The translations under genes were made by a program, and so were the position numbers. 64,000 nucleotides of DNA from Octopus sinensis. Taxonomy: Eukaryota. The stretch spans positions 103,354,001 through 103,418,000 of the forward strand of contig NC_042998.1 of assembly GCF_006345805.1 (NCBI RefSeq), given 5' to 3'. The first letter of the stretch is position 1, and every line of letters begins with the position of its first letter. The notes beneath the pieces are model-generated. The model ran no database searches. It saw only the letters and a list, made by a program, of their open reading frames with translations, and had not been told where the DNA came from. Positions 11,700 through 25,262 of this stretch are shown in pieces.

Positions 11700-12240
11700 C
11701 TTTGACCGTAAAGTCATGAGGCTAAATGGATAGGGGCTTAAATTCTGCGGTACAGCCGCTCAGTTCGGAGAGAGTGGTATTTCTCAATTCGCCAACTGGA
11801 ACTTATTCATATATTTACATCCGCTGAAAATTTCAAATCTGGAATTCAACAGTGATGTGGAGTTCTTAGATCTGAAAAGGATTTGTGTTTTTTCAGCTAC
11901 GAGTACCTTAGATTTTTTTGATCCGTTGACATATAATTTGGAATTTTCAAATATTTTCCACTTGATTGTCTGTGGTGTGGTGTTAGGCTTCAAGCCTCAT
12001 ATCGGACTAGCCAACTTAGTGGCTTTACTTTTGTCCCTGAACCGAAAGGAAGATGTGATTTACCCCAGTATGATGGGCATCACTACACGTAAACACCACC
12101 AATTGTAACTGTCGAAACCCAGGAACTTGTCCACTAGACCAGTGATGCATGATTAAATCCGTCATATATGAAGCAGAAGTCAAAGCAACGCTAGATAATA
12201 ATATAACTGAAAAGAAGAGCTACATCGAGCTAAGTCGATA
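11700..12240 (-). mobile_element. Penelope-like GIY-YIG endonuclease remnant with inverted 5' part
   Basis: Plus 12101-12240 reads NCNCRNPGTCPLDQ*CMIKSVIYEAEV..KSYIEL; minus 11784-12060 reads SSFR..KATKL..I*GLK..IKWKI..EK..LLNSRFEI..CKYMNKFQL. Confidence 0.8.
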
Positions 12241-13010
12241 TGCTAAGCACATATCTTTTTTATCTTTTTTCTTAGCTATTGTCTGTTACGATTTCGGCTT
12301 ATTCGTGGAATGGTTGCGTGTATGTGTGCATACATGTGTGAGTGTGTAAGAAAGACAATGACAGAAAGAGAGAGAGGGGAGAGAGAGAGAGACGAGATGA
12401 GACGAGAGAGAGGAAGAAGGAAGGCGTGAAAAAGAGAGAGAAGGACAGAAGTTGAGAGAGAGGGTTAAAAACTTTTTGGATAAAAACGTCAAAGTACGAA
12501 AAGAAGCGCGCGCGCACACACACACACATACATAGATACAGAAAGGGAGAGAGAAAAAAGAAAGATAGAGAATGTCATTGAACGTTTGTTTCAATGTGAT
12601 GGATTTGAACGGAAATAATATTGATTTGCTTGTGTACATTGGCTGCAAAATATCTGCAATAAAACCTAAATAATCTTAATTTTTTGAACGTAAAGTGTTT
12701 TCAAACCATTCACGTCATGATGGATTCTATGTCAGTCTTGTCGATGGAGAAGTGAAAGTCAAAGCAGGGTAAGGTATAACCTCAGAGATCAAAAGTCTGG
12801 AAAGAATATCGCAAGGCATTTTATCCGATGCTCTTACAAATTCTCCCAAGTTCTATTAACAACCTCAAAACACACGCAGCATGCATCATTAATTACAAGT
12901 AATATTTTTACGTGTCTACATTTTTTTTCGCTTTATTGTTAATTTGATTTGATTTCATGGAGATATTTCTAATTATGTGAAAGCATCAACTTCAGAATCT
13001 GTAAAGTAAT

Positions 13011-13061
<51 letters not shown>

Positions 13062-13801
13062 TTGGTAGTGGTGGTGGTGGTGGTGCTAATAATGATAGTA
13101 TAAAATAAAAACATAACCAAGGATAGGATCATCATCATAAATTATTTCAGTTGCACATTAGAAAATTTTTTAAAATCATTTAGTTTCCTTTTATTTTCAG
13201 TATTTCTTTACATATATACACGTTGTTGTTCTTTAATTTGATAGTTACGTAATTATTCTAACTATTTAAGAATATTAATGCATTTAGAAAAATACCAACA
13301 ATGAATGACTAAATTATCGTGATTGCAATTAAGATTACTAATACAATCAAGTCATAAATGCGTCTATACTTTTCTGTACAGCAATTTTCTTTATAGAAAT
13401 CTTTAATTTATCAATAATTCTTGTCCTGAAATGGGAGTCAGTTAAATGACACATGAACAGTGTTTACTCATGTGATGTGCTTCACAATGAGTATAATTAA
13501 TCCAAGAATCCTGATAGGTTTACTTTCATATCTAAAGACTTAATCCGTTGCCCGATTAAACACCATCTCGTGGCTCTTAGGTGTCTTTTATTAGAGCCTC
13601 AGTTCGTCGGAGAATTTCCACTCATTTTTTTCACTTGTTTCGGATGCTCCAAAAATCTAAAAGAAAAAAAAACAAAACAAAAAGCCGTGCGTGATTTTAT
13701 TACTTCTATAATTATGTATGTGTGTGTGTGTGTGTGTGTGTATTCACTTACACATGAACAATAAACACACGCCACATACACACATGCACATATGTGTGTG
13801 C

Positions 13802-13911
<110 letters not shown>

Positions 13912-14494
13912 GTGTATGTATGTATGTATGTGTATGTAATGTATGTATGTATTTATGTAGTTAATCCAAACATGAACAAAAGAGAAAACACAACAACGCG
14001 AGGACGTGGAACAAGTATTGTGTTATTGGACGCTCGGGAAAGGAAGGGAAGAAGAGCTTTTAACGTTTCGGGCGGAGCTCTTCGTCAGAAACATAGAAGA
14101 AGGAAAGGTCCAAGGAAGGGAAAATGGAGAAAGAAAATTGCCAACGATACACACACGGTCACATACTGAAATATTATATGTGTGTGTGTGTAGAGTGAGA
14201 GAGGGAGTGAAAGAGAGAGTGCGAAAGAGATAATATTATATACATATACAAATATATATGTGTATGTAAAGTCATAAAGTCGGGCGGTATGAGAAGGGAG
14301 TGTATATTTATTTAACCACATCACTTCCATAGGATTACGGCCATTTCGCAATCTTTTACATGTAATTTCTACATTACACTCCTTTGTTACTATGTGGATT
14401 GTTAGCCGTAAGAGGAATTTTCTTTGATAACCACACGATTTTTAAAATGTTATTTATCTCTATGCATATGTATACGTGCGTGAGTGAGTATGTT

Positions 14495-14549
<55 letters not shown>

Positions 14550-14642
14550 TATATATATAGTGAGGGTATAAAAGGTATTGGTATCTAGACGACACAATGA
14601 GTGGCTGGTAATGCTAGGTAAGTGCTAAGGACAGTCCATAGT

Positions 14643-14695
<53 letters not shown>

Positions 14696-14697
<2 letters not shown>

Positions 14698-14918
14698 CGA
14701 GCTGGCAGAATGGTTAGCACGACGGGCGAAATGCTTAGCAGTATTTCGTCTGCCGCTACGTTCTGAGTTCAAATTCCGCCGAGGTCGACTTTGCCTTTCA
14801 TCCTTTCGGTGTCGATAAATTAAGTACCAGTTACGCCCTGGGGTCGATATAATCGACTTAATCCGTTTGTCTGTCTTTGTTTGTCCCTTCTGTGTTTAGC
14901 CCCTTGTGGGTAGTAAAG

Positions 14919-14921
<3 letters not shown>
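14696..14921 (+). mobile_element. tRNA-derived SINE family B (central motif resembles the Meta/Sauria-type domain)
   Basis: GCTGGCAGAA..GAGTTCAAATTCC then GGTCGACTTTGCCTTTCATCCTTTCGG..GATAAATTAAGTACCAG; other copies near 34021, 52115, 56820 (-), 61641, 62338. Confidence 0.85.
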
Positions 14922-14963
<42 letters not shown>

Positions 14964-16544
14964 TATATGTGTGTGTGCGTGCGTGTATGTGTGTGTGTGT
15001 GTGTGTTTATTTAATCGATGTAGAATAAAGTAAACTTTTGGGTTCACAATTACAATTACATCATTTTGTATCCCATTTGTTCCTATGGTTAAACGTACTA
15101 ATGCATTTCTCCTTTAATCTATTAAATGTACTGGAATTGCATACCTGACTATGTTCTGACAATATCATAAAATGTGTGACGAAATATTTTGTGCATATGA
15201 TGAGATTTCCAGAGTATTCCATTTAGTTTTCAAATCAAATATCCTTGGACAAGTTTGTCGAAAACTTTTTATTCGGGTTCTCAAAGAAATGAAAAGAATC
15301 GATTTTTTAATTCATTCTCAGTTAATACAATGTAATTCTTTGGCATATTACAAATGTCTAGTTGTACTTAAATGCAATAAAGTTTGGATTTCGAAAGGCA
15401 ATTACCGATGGAGAATAACTGTGCATGGAGCAATACAGTTTTGATTAGATAAAGGAATTCTAATATTGTTAAGAGGACTTTTTGAAATGAAATGTCAAAC
15501 TGACCTTGCAGGATTTTACTATATGAATAGTTAAACTCAATTGAATTTCTGTTCAAGATCTTATGATATCTATAATTTGTCGTGATATGAAAACCTGTTA
15601 CGTTTAGGAAATCTTTGATGCTATCTGTTCTTACGTTTAAACTATAATTTAGATTATACCACAAAATCTTTCCATGCCCAATTTTATACTAGGAAATGCT
15701 AGATCAGGTTATGCATTTTATTTTACCTGAAAAGCTGCTGTTGAAGAGGATCTAATTATGATAATATAAAGCACTAACGAATCTGTCTTTAACAGAAGAT
15801 ACAGATTTATTAATATTAAGGATTACATTTCGTTATAATGAGAGAAAACGATAAAGTGACACGAAACAATAAAAATAGAATTCTATAATTTTGCTGCAAA
15901 GGTGTCATTCTCTTATAATTTAGGTGTGCTGGTGTTCAGTATTCGTGCTGAAAAGATCGGCAATAAATTCGCTTGCAAGATAGCAGTTTCCTATGTCGCT
16001 ATTGTTGAGCTACAAACCCACTGTGATTGAGCAAACATATAATCAAAGATGTCCAGACATTACTGTCTAATTTATGTATTTGTGTTTAGGTATTCATTGT
16101 ATCTCTAGAACTATATTAATCAGTGTATATCTCCTTATTTAATCGGGGACGATTTGGCAATTATTTCTAGTATGTCGAACAGCAACATAGAGACTTTCAC
16201 CGCTGGCCCATTGCCTCTATAGCTTATATAACTTCAATTCGTTTCATCCTTTAAATAGATACTTCTATCACGGTTCCTCACGGCTTGCAGTAGTGTTGTC
16301 ACTGTATCCTGGTTATTATAAATAATACCCTCTAAGATAGCAATAACTGGCACATTAATGGAGTGTACAACAGAATCTGTCTATCAAACTTTAACTAACA
16401 CTGTACATATAGATGGATGCAAACATTCTGTCTTAATATACAAAAAAGATATTATGTCACAATATAATCATAACCAGATAGGTGTCGAAGTATAAGTTTA
16501 ATTGCTTGTAAACTTATACTTCGTCGTTTTAATATGTTTATATA

Positions 16545-17100
16545 GAGCCCTGGTCAAAAGTTTGAATTTATCACTTCACAAAGTTTTATACAGTAATTGA
16601 TGTTGATGAAAAGCAAATAATATATCTACTGATAAAATCAGCAGATAAACTAAGAATAATTTACAAAAATACAAATATCTGTGCTATATATTCAGTGCTT
16701 GGTATGATACTCCTTTACCTCCAATACAATGTCAATAGGATCAGATAAGCTTTCGGCTAAACTTTTGCAATAATGTCGCATTTGTCTCCTGTATCCTGAT
16801 CTACAGTATCTTCCGAATTTGATGAAGCATTATGAGCTTCAATCGCCTGTTTCGTATCATGCTTTTCCACAGGGTTCCAATCGGGTAATGATCTTGCCAT
16901 TTAACCAATAGAGTAACACCATTACCTCTAAGCCAATTTCTCACAGTTTACAGAAGGAATAATGGGTGATCAATATGAGAGGGCGTCTCCCTGATATTAC
17001 CCATGGTTAGCTAATACATTATGCAATTACTGGCTCCTCCAGCCATATCATAATCGATGGATACTGCTTAATCCTTCAAAGTGTATACATGGAATCGGAA
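16545..17100 (-). mobile_element. Degenerate Tc1 transposase 3' fragment with TIR
   Basis: TA+GAGCCCTGGTCAAAAGTTTG TIR at 16545; minus frames give VRNWLRGNGVTLL, ARSLPDWNPVE and IVLEVKEYHTKH*. Confidence 0.65.
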
Positions 17101-18006
17101 TTTGAGATTTAAAGATGACGAACGAAAGGAGCATTAGCTGTAAATTGCTTAATAAACGTTTTGTATTTACCTTCGATTTACGTCCTTTCTCCTACGTTCA
17201 AATTTTATGATCCCTGTAAAATTGCAGACGATCCTCGATACTTTATTTATTTATTTATTTATTCATTCATTCATTTAACAATCTATCTATCTATCTATCT
17301 ATCTATTTATTTCCATAATAGTCTTTTTGTTTTTTTACTGCTGAGCGTATTGCAACGAGATTTGAGTCTTACAATAACTGATTTCTCATTTTCTTAGTGC
17401 TGCATTTTATTGTTACTGGCGACTATGTTTGTATGACACTGCTTGATGTAAGTCTGATTGTAACACATAGACGACAAAGTATACGATCATTTTGAAGAGT
17501 TGTCGCATGAGGTCTTTCTCATTGACCAAATGATTTTTATCCATCAGTCGGATGAAATTGCGATGAACCATTATGAACAAAGAAACATTTAGCTGAGTTG
17601 ATATATTCCTGAAAATGAGTCCATGACTGTGTAAAGCTTCAATCTAAATTCTTTTCTCTGATGACAGTCCAATTAGTTTAGAAAATATTGATGTACATTA
17701 CAGTGTTGTGAACGCAAAATAGTTGGCGAAATTAAGGAACATGAGATAATTCATATACACCAAGAAATAGATATTTATAATATTAATTAATTGATTAACT
17801 TTGTTGCTTGCAAATAATTAGTTGGTAATTACTTTGTGTTATTACTGATGTAGCTTATAGTGTTGCGAGCGCGAAATAGTTGACGAAATTATCGAACACG
17901 ATTTCATACATATACAACAAAAAATAATTATATACAATATTAATTAATTCATTCATTCATTAACTTTGTTTCTTGCAAATAATTAGTTGATAATTACTTT
18001 GTGTTT

Positions 18007-18340
18007 AACTACATGGTCCCGTGTTCAGTCCCACTGCGTGGCACCTTCGGTAAAGTGTCTTCTACTATAGACTCGGGTCGACCAAAGCCTCGTGAGGGGA
18101 TTTGGTAGAAGGAAACTGACAGAAGACCGTCGTGTGTGTGTGTGTGTGTGTTTGTCACCTCACCATCGCTTGACAACTGATGTTGGTGCGTTTACGCCCC
18201 CGTAACTTAGCGGTTCGCCATAAGAGACCGATAGAATAAGTACTAGGTTCACATAGGGTAAATCCTACGATCGATTTCTTCGACTAAAGGCGGTGCTCCA
18301 GCATAGCCGCAGTCAAATGACTGAAACAAAAGAATAACAG
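18007..18340 (+). mobile_element. SINE family A, 5'-truncated
   Basis: Matches family A; internal (TG)n. Confidence 0.85.
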
Positions 18341-19239
18341 AATAACAGAATATCTTTGTAGTCGCACTTTTGGCCAGGACTGTAGATATAAATTATCATT
18401 CTTCCAGGTAATTTCTTGCAGCGAAACTACCATTAGTACTTTATAAGCCATATATACCGCTTATTGTTTACATATGCATCGAATTACATCAATATACGTT
18501 AATGAAATTTGTTGTTCCAAAATTTACTAATTTGTTCCAATATTTACTAAACATTTTGTGTAACATTTCAAGAAACATAATCCGAAAGATAGAAAATAAG
18601 AGTTATCTCCCTTGTATAATTCTGTTCTTTATCACTGCTATATAGACAATGAAATATTTAAGCAGTTTCGAGGTCGATAAATTAAGTACCAATTGCGTAC
18701 TGTAGTCGATTTAATCGACTGGATCCCTCCCACCAAAATTTCAGGCATTGTGCCTAGAGTAGAAAAGAATATTTAAGCAGTTTATATTCGTACGTAAATG
18801 TTAAAATAAAAATAAGTATGCGTGTGTTTATGTTCAATTTCATTTGTTTCTGTTCTATTATAACTGTACGTAACGAAGAATGTATTAATCTTGCTGTACG
18901 TGTGAGAAGTTAGCTGCTGGGTTGAGAGCCAACGATGTGTTGATTTAAATACGAACTCATTAAGTTAGGGTGAAGTGTTATTGGTTTCAAATTTTGGCAC
19001 AGCTTCAGGGCAGAGGTTAAGTCGATTACTTTTCAACTGGTACTTCGCTTGACAGGATGAAAGGCAAAGTCGAACTCGGCGGTATTCCAGCTCACAACTC
19101 GGCATTTTAACAATTGTACCCACTCGCAACTCTGGGACGAATTATTAATAACAGAAAAACATTGAAAAAGTTATGTAAAAGAGGAAACCCTAATTTTAAT
19201 ATTTAGGTAACGTTTCAAGAGATTTTTTCAATGAACCAG

Positions 19240-19332
<93 letters not shown>

Positions 19333-20116
19333 CGTTAATCTCCAGGAGATTTCATATTCAACGTTATAAATAAATGCTAGTGATCGATCTGTGAGTTTCT
19401 CATCATTGTGTACACGACGAAGCGGATTATTTATAGTCTAGCTTCTACTTTCATTTCTGTTGTCATATATGAGAGGTAACTTTCAGATAGGTTTCAATAG
19501 CATAACTTTCTACGCACCTGCCTCTCTTCCCTCCTTCTTTTTATTTCTCTCTCCTTATATGCATATATGTGTATGTGTACATACAAATACACATGCACGC
19601 ACATACCCACATACATACAAATACACATGCACGCACACACAAATATATATACACGCATGCGTACGCACATACCCACAGACGCACTTACATACATACATAC
19701 ATAAATACATACATACATACATACACACACACAGACACACACACATACATACATACATACATACATACATACATACATACATACATACATACATACACCG
19801 ACAGCCCAACCAAGCTTGCTTTGTAGCGCTTGCCAGATGAAAAACAAAATATGTCAAAAGGCAGATGAAATCTCTTGAGTCATCCTAAGCTGAGGGTAAG
19901 AGACACCTAATCTTTGTTTAGTCATCTGTTTGAGAGAAGAGGAACTCTGATCTAACACCTGCAACTTCGTTTGCATCCAGTGACGTAGATTAGTTTTTAT
20001 TGAGTAAATGCATTGTATTTATAGAGTAGTTGGCCCTTGAAGGGTTTTACTCATTTTGTAAAATTTCGGCACAGACAAATCCAGCTGCGGTTTATCATAT
20101 TATGCTCATTTAAATA

Positions 20117-22564
20117 CTCAGGCTGAAGAAACCACCTGAGCCAAGAGTACTATTTGATTTGAGTGGCATCAGACGGAAAGAAATTGATGAGTTCATTAGA
20201 AACGCAAGAGCAAAAGTTCACCAGGGAACGACGGAGTTAGCTACAAGGTTTATTAGTATTTCCCAAAATTGGGTTTACGACTATTTGTATTGATAATAGA
20301 AATGTAGAAGAAGAAAGACGTGTATAGCTGAAGGTATCTATTTACCTAAAGAGAGGGAGGCAAAAACACTAGGGCATTTCAGACCCATTTCACTGCTAAA
20401 TATCGATGAGAAGATCTTGTCTGAAATTATTGCCAGTAAAATCATAAGATTCGTACAGCATAACGATATGTTAATGAAGTAATCCAGAAGGCAAGGATCC
20501 CTGGATGCATAGAACATGCATTTGCCATCTGGGAAGCTATCAACAGTGCAAAACAACTGAAGAAAAACCTGTACATTATATGGCTAGATCACGCCAATAC
20601 ATATGGATCTGTTCCACACGCACTAATTCAAGCAGCTTTGGATTTCTTTTGGATTCCAGAAGATGTTCAACGAATGCTGATGTGTTACTACAACAAATTG
20701 GGGAGGAGATTTATAGCAGGAAAATTCACAACGGGGTGGCATTGGCTAGAAGTAGGTATTGCAGCTGGATGCACGATATCACTCATCTTCTTTGTGCTAG
20801 TCATGGAGATGTTACTAAGATCAACAAACTGTGAGCAAGCTGTTACAAAGACACCATTAAGGACTTTTATGAACGACATTACAGTATTATCAGAAGGTAC
20901 AGAAGCAGCAGATGGAACGTTAGAGCGGTTGGACGATAGTGTATAGCTGAAGGTGGGGACTAGAGGCTTTGTTGAAAGGAAAATGGCGACGTTATTTAAA
21001 AGAAGGTTTGCATTTTCGAGCTCAGAGCTGAGAAAAGTAATAAGGAGGATACAGGAGGTAATCGACAAAGCCTGCTTCTATATATGGCTGAAAGAAGAAG
21101 ACCCGAAATGGGCGAGAATGAAATTCCTGCCAAGAAATCTCGAAGTTTGGCATTCGTGAAAGGAGTTCAAAAAGAAATGAAGTTCAGGATTGGAGGTAAA
21201 GATATACCAACGGTGAGAGAACAACCAGTAAAATATCTCGGCAGATGGTACAGAGATTTATTAAATGATAAGAAATAAAGCAAAGAAACACACGATTTAG
21301 GGTAACAAGGAACTAAAGGCAATTGACAGGACAACATTATAAGTGAAGTTCAAATGCTGGGTACTGAAATTTGGACTGTAGTCAAGGAGAATGTGGCCAC
21401 TGCAAATGTTTGAAATAGCCTCGAGTAGAGTAGAAAGGATGGAACAAAGATGCAGTGTGTTTATCAGAAAATGGCTTGGTCTTCCCAAAACCACTGAATA
21501 CAACTGCATTCTATGGAAAGCCTGTTCTGCAACTACCGATAACACAAATCGTCGAAGAATATAAGGCAGGAAAGGCGAGGACAGTAATGATGCTAAGCTA
21601 TTCGAAAGATCAGAACATCAAAGAAAACCTCACAAAGGTACGAACAGGGAGGAAATGGAAAACAGAAGAAGCAGTAACCAACGCGATCAGAAAGCTAAGG
21701 CATGCCGATATAGTCGGAGCGATGCAAGAAGCAAGAGCTGGTCTTTGGTTGCAAAATTTCAAGCCATTTTGCATGAGCAGTGTAGAAGTGATGAAAGAGG
21801 ATGTGGTACATGAAGTGAGAAAGGCGAAATGTACACTTGGTGCAATGTAGTCAACAGGGACAGTGCCTGCGATGGAAGGAATATGTAGTTAGTCGCAGAA
21901 TCTCATGGAACTGACTTTGGGCTTGGGAACAAGCCAGAACATCCTTCCTGATCAAGTCTACCTTTGAAGTTTGCTTTCACTGCCCAATTTAGTCCGGTGG
22001 AACATACAGAAGACTGATGAATGTAGATGCAGAGAGGAAGCGACGGTGAGACATGTTCTATCAAACTGCAAGTTAGCACTAGACAAATATACATGGCGTC
22101 ACAGTCAAGTCCTCGATGTCATTAACACAGCACTCAATAAGAAGCTCGACGGATATAATAGGGGAGAGTACCCAAAAGAGGAAAAGTGCGAAAGGATATA
22201 CTTCCAGAAGAAGGGAAAAGGACATAAGACCAGGCCTTCAGAAAAAGTATACGAGACGAAAGATGGAAGGGATACTGGGAGCTGTCCGCAGATTTGGAAA
22301 GACTTACTATTTCCGCTCATAGAAACAACAAAAAGACCGGACTTAATCATATGGAACACAGAACGAAAAAGTGCCATGGGAAGAGAACATCGCTAATGCA
22401 GAGCAACGGAAGGAGAGGCGGTATGAGAGATTAATCGAAGAGTGCGGGGAACAGGGCTGGACTGTCGAGTATTACCACCTGACAGTAGGGGCTAGAGGCT
22501 TCGCTAAAAGAAAAATGATGTTATTTAAAAGAAGGTTTGCATTTTCAAGCTCAGAGCTGAGAAA
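20117..22564 (+). mobile_element. HERO-clade non-LTR retrotransposon (RT plus RLE), degenerate and internally rearranged
   Basis: FRPISLLN, WLDHANTYGSVPH, GIAAGCTIS, FMND (for FMDD), WARMKF, CRC..HVLSNC..WRH, RPDLIIW, PWEENIANAEQRKERRY, VGARGF. Confidence 0.88.
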
Positions 22565-24790
22565 TTTTTGCCTGAGTAGTCATTCGCACGCTGACATTCG
22601 TTGACGCTACATCGAAGAAACCAAAGACCAAAAAGCCAAAGGAAAAAGAAAAAAACGCACCCAACACCAGAGCTGAATACACCTCCGAAAGCAGGGCTGG
22701 TCCCACCACATCAAAATTGGTAGAGGAGTAGGGGCCGAAACCAGACGTGGTTCCTCCTGATGAAATCCTTAACCACTGGATCAAAGAAGCTGTTGAGATA
22801 GCGAATTACGGAACATGGTTGAAATTCCTTAGGCGAAGGGAAGTAATTCTGTAAAATAACTTACAGAGTTATGTCCCATGTCTAAAATAACTTTTCTTTT
22901 ATCACAATTTGCACAGTAATTATTATCGTTGTTTTGATTGTCATCGTAGTTAAATATTTTAAATAATAATAATAGTAATTACTCAGTACTAAAAGGATTT
23001 TTTCTTACATCAGAATTTCAATAAATTCGTTTTTAGCATGTGCTTCGTTTCCCATTGCTGTATGATATTTCTTTTGTTTTAATGCCATAACTATGGAAGG
23101 GATGGAAATAACTTGCCAAAAAACATTAGAAAAAAGTAACGAAAATATTTGTCATTAATTCATTTATTTTTAAATAAAATTCCCTTTTCCTGTATTTTTA
23201 GTGGGTTTTAATAATCGTGTATAAAGTTTAGCAATTTTGTAAACTTGATTGTCATTGGATCTTTAACCGTCATGTTGTATAAAACGCATTTCTATTGGCT
23301 AAAATTGAAAACAGTGGCAAAATGGATACTTTTTGAATGAATACGATAGTTTTGACCAAGACTAAAATAATTACCAAATAAGATCCAGTAAATAACATCT
23401 CGTTTATAAATCTTTGATTAGATTTTGCTTAATTTATGTTTCTGTCCTTAAGGTTCGTTTTACACCATTAAGTCTGCTAATTATACCATTTTCATTTCAT
23501 TTTTTGTACGTAATGTCAACAATGTTTATTAAATAACACCTTCAAAAAAGTTTTAACTTGTGTCTCTTAGTAATGTTAAATCATATTTAAATCAATTCTG
23601 TGCTATTTGTTTTGGAATTATGTTCACTTATTTCCACTTTCTCGTATCTAAATTATCAAAAATACCACGCGAGGATTATAAACTTAACAGGTTTCCCAAG
23701 CAATGTAATCTAGATCCTTTTCTTTCTAAGTTGACCATCGATATTTTTAGTTCGCTTACTAAATGTTAATATTTATCACGCCGAACTTTATTGTTTCGAT
23801 GGTAAAAAAAAGAAGAAAACAAGTGGCACATGTTAATAATGAATAAATAATCAAAATAAAAATGCATACTCCATCAAATCACTTTTGTCAAAGTCTGTGT
23901 GGTAACACCAGCTGTTAAAATAAGTTGCCAAATTTCTTTAAATTTCCTACGATGTTAAAAATAACGGACGATTTTATTTAATCCCCAACTAAACCTTACT
24001 TGAATAGAGATGGGATTAATCACTACCTGAATACCGTTAATCATATTTCTTTGCTTGAGTCGAAACTAAAAAGCTTGTTTCATATATCGTTTGCATTTCA
24101 TTTTTTGTATGTAATGTTGACAATGTTTATTAAATAACAGCTTCAAGAAATGCTAACTTGGATTTCTTATTAATGTTAAACCATACTTAAATCAAATCTA
24201 TGGTATTTATGTCGGAACTATGTCCTCGTATTTCCGCTTTTTCATATCTAAATGTGATAACGAAATTGTCAAAATACCTTGTTTAACCTGATCATCTCAT
24301 CCATCACTACTCTTTCAGCTGGTGTTGGCGTGAAGCGTATCCATAACTACGTTATCCAATGTTGTTTTCATTTTTAAGATTGTAGACTGATTTGGCTTCT
24401 TTTTTTTCTTGTTTAACAGATGGAGTTCTCTCTTGGATCGAAATATTTCATTGTTTGACACTTTGCTCAAACACTTGCACTCCACCGCTTTATTTTGCCA
24501 TGAATACTTCATTGGCTTTATTAATATTTTCACTGAAAATCAAAAACTATCAACCTGAGAGCCAATGTTTATATTTCACACACACACACACATTCCACTA
24601 CCCCCTCATCATTATCATTGTATGAGGATCTAGGAAGCAGTCCACACTAAATAGAATAAATGTAAATTAATTTTGCCGTTATTTTTCATCTCAAAATGTT
24701 TACCTGTTTAACCCCACCACCTCGTGGCCCTTTGGATGCTGGGAAAACGTAACCTTCAGACTAAACACCTAGTTTGAATATTTGTTACAG

Positions 24791-24883
24791 TGGATTCTGC
24801 AGAAGAGTGGTCCTCACGTAGACACCAGAACCACACACTCACACAAGTAAAGATGGAAAAACCTGATCTTTCTCTCTCTCTCA
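24791..24883 (+). CDS. Tentative upstream exon of the DSN1-like gene
   Basis: ttgttacag|..|gtgaga; 93 nt, phase 1-1, open frame DSAEEWSSRRHQNHTLTQVKMEKPDLSLSL joins in frame to 26503; no homology support. Confidence 0.3.
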
Positions 24884-24899
24884 GTGAGATAAAATGTAT

Positions 24900-25085
24900 T
24901 TTACATCCATACTCTTTTACTTGTTTCAGTCATTTGACTGCGGCAACGCTGCTAGAGCACCGCCTTTAGTCGAGCAAATCGACCCCAGGGCTTATTCTAT
25001 CGGTCTCTTTTGCCGAACCGCTAAGTTACGGGGACGTAAACACACCAGCATCGGTTGTCAAGCGATGTTGGGGAGACAAACACAG

Positions 25086-25137
<52 letters not shown>

Positions 25138-25262
25138 GACGGGTTTCTTTCAGTTTCCATCTACCAAAACCGCTCACAAGGCTTTGGTCGGCCCAAGGCT
25201 ATAGTAGAAGACACTTGCCCAAGGTACCACGCAGCAGGACTGAACCCAGAATCATGTTGCCA
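24900..25262 (-). mobile_element. SINE family A
   Basis: Reverse complement of family A with internal (TA)n. Confidence 0.85.

Noticed and set aside
15143-15750. Several AG..GT bounded open stretches on the minus strand
   Set aside because: Implied introns of 38-45 nt, inconsistent phases and no recognisable peptide.
17398-17447. Strong acceptor/donor pair (ttcttag..gtaagt)
   Set aside because: Isolated 50-nt segment; no partner exons or recognisable peptide.
24420-24560. Strong acceptor followed by an open frame WSSLLDRNISLF..
   Set aside because: Two frames are open, no upstream exons found and no homology recognised.
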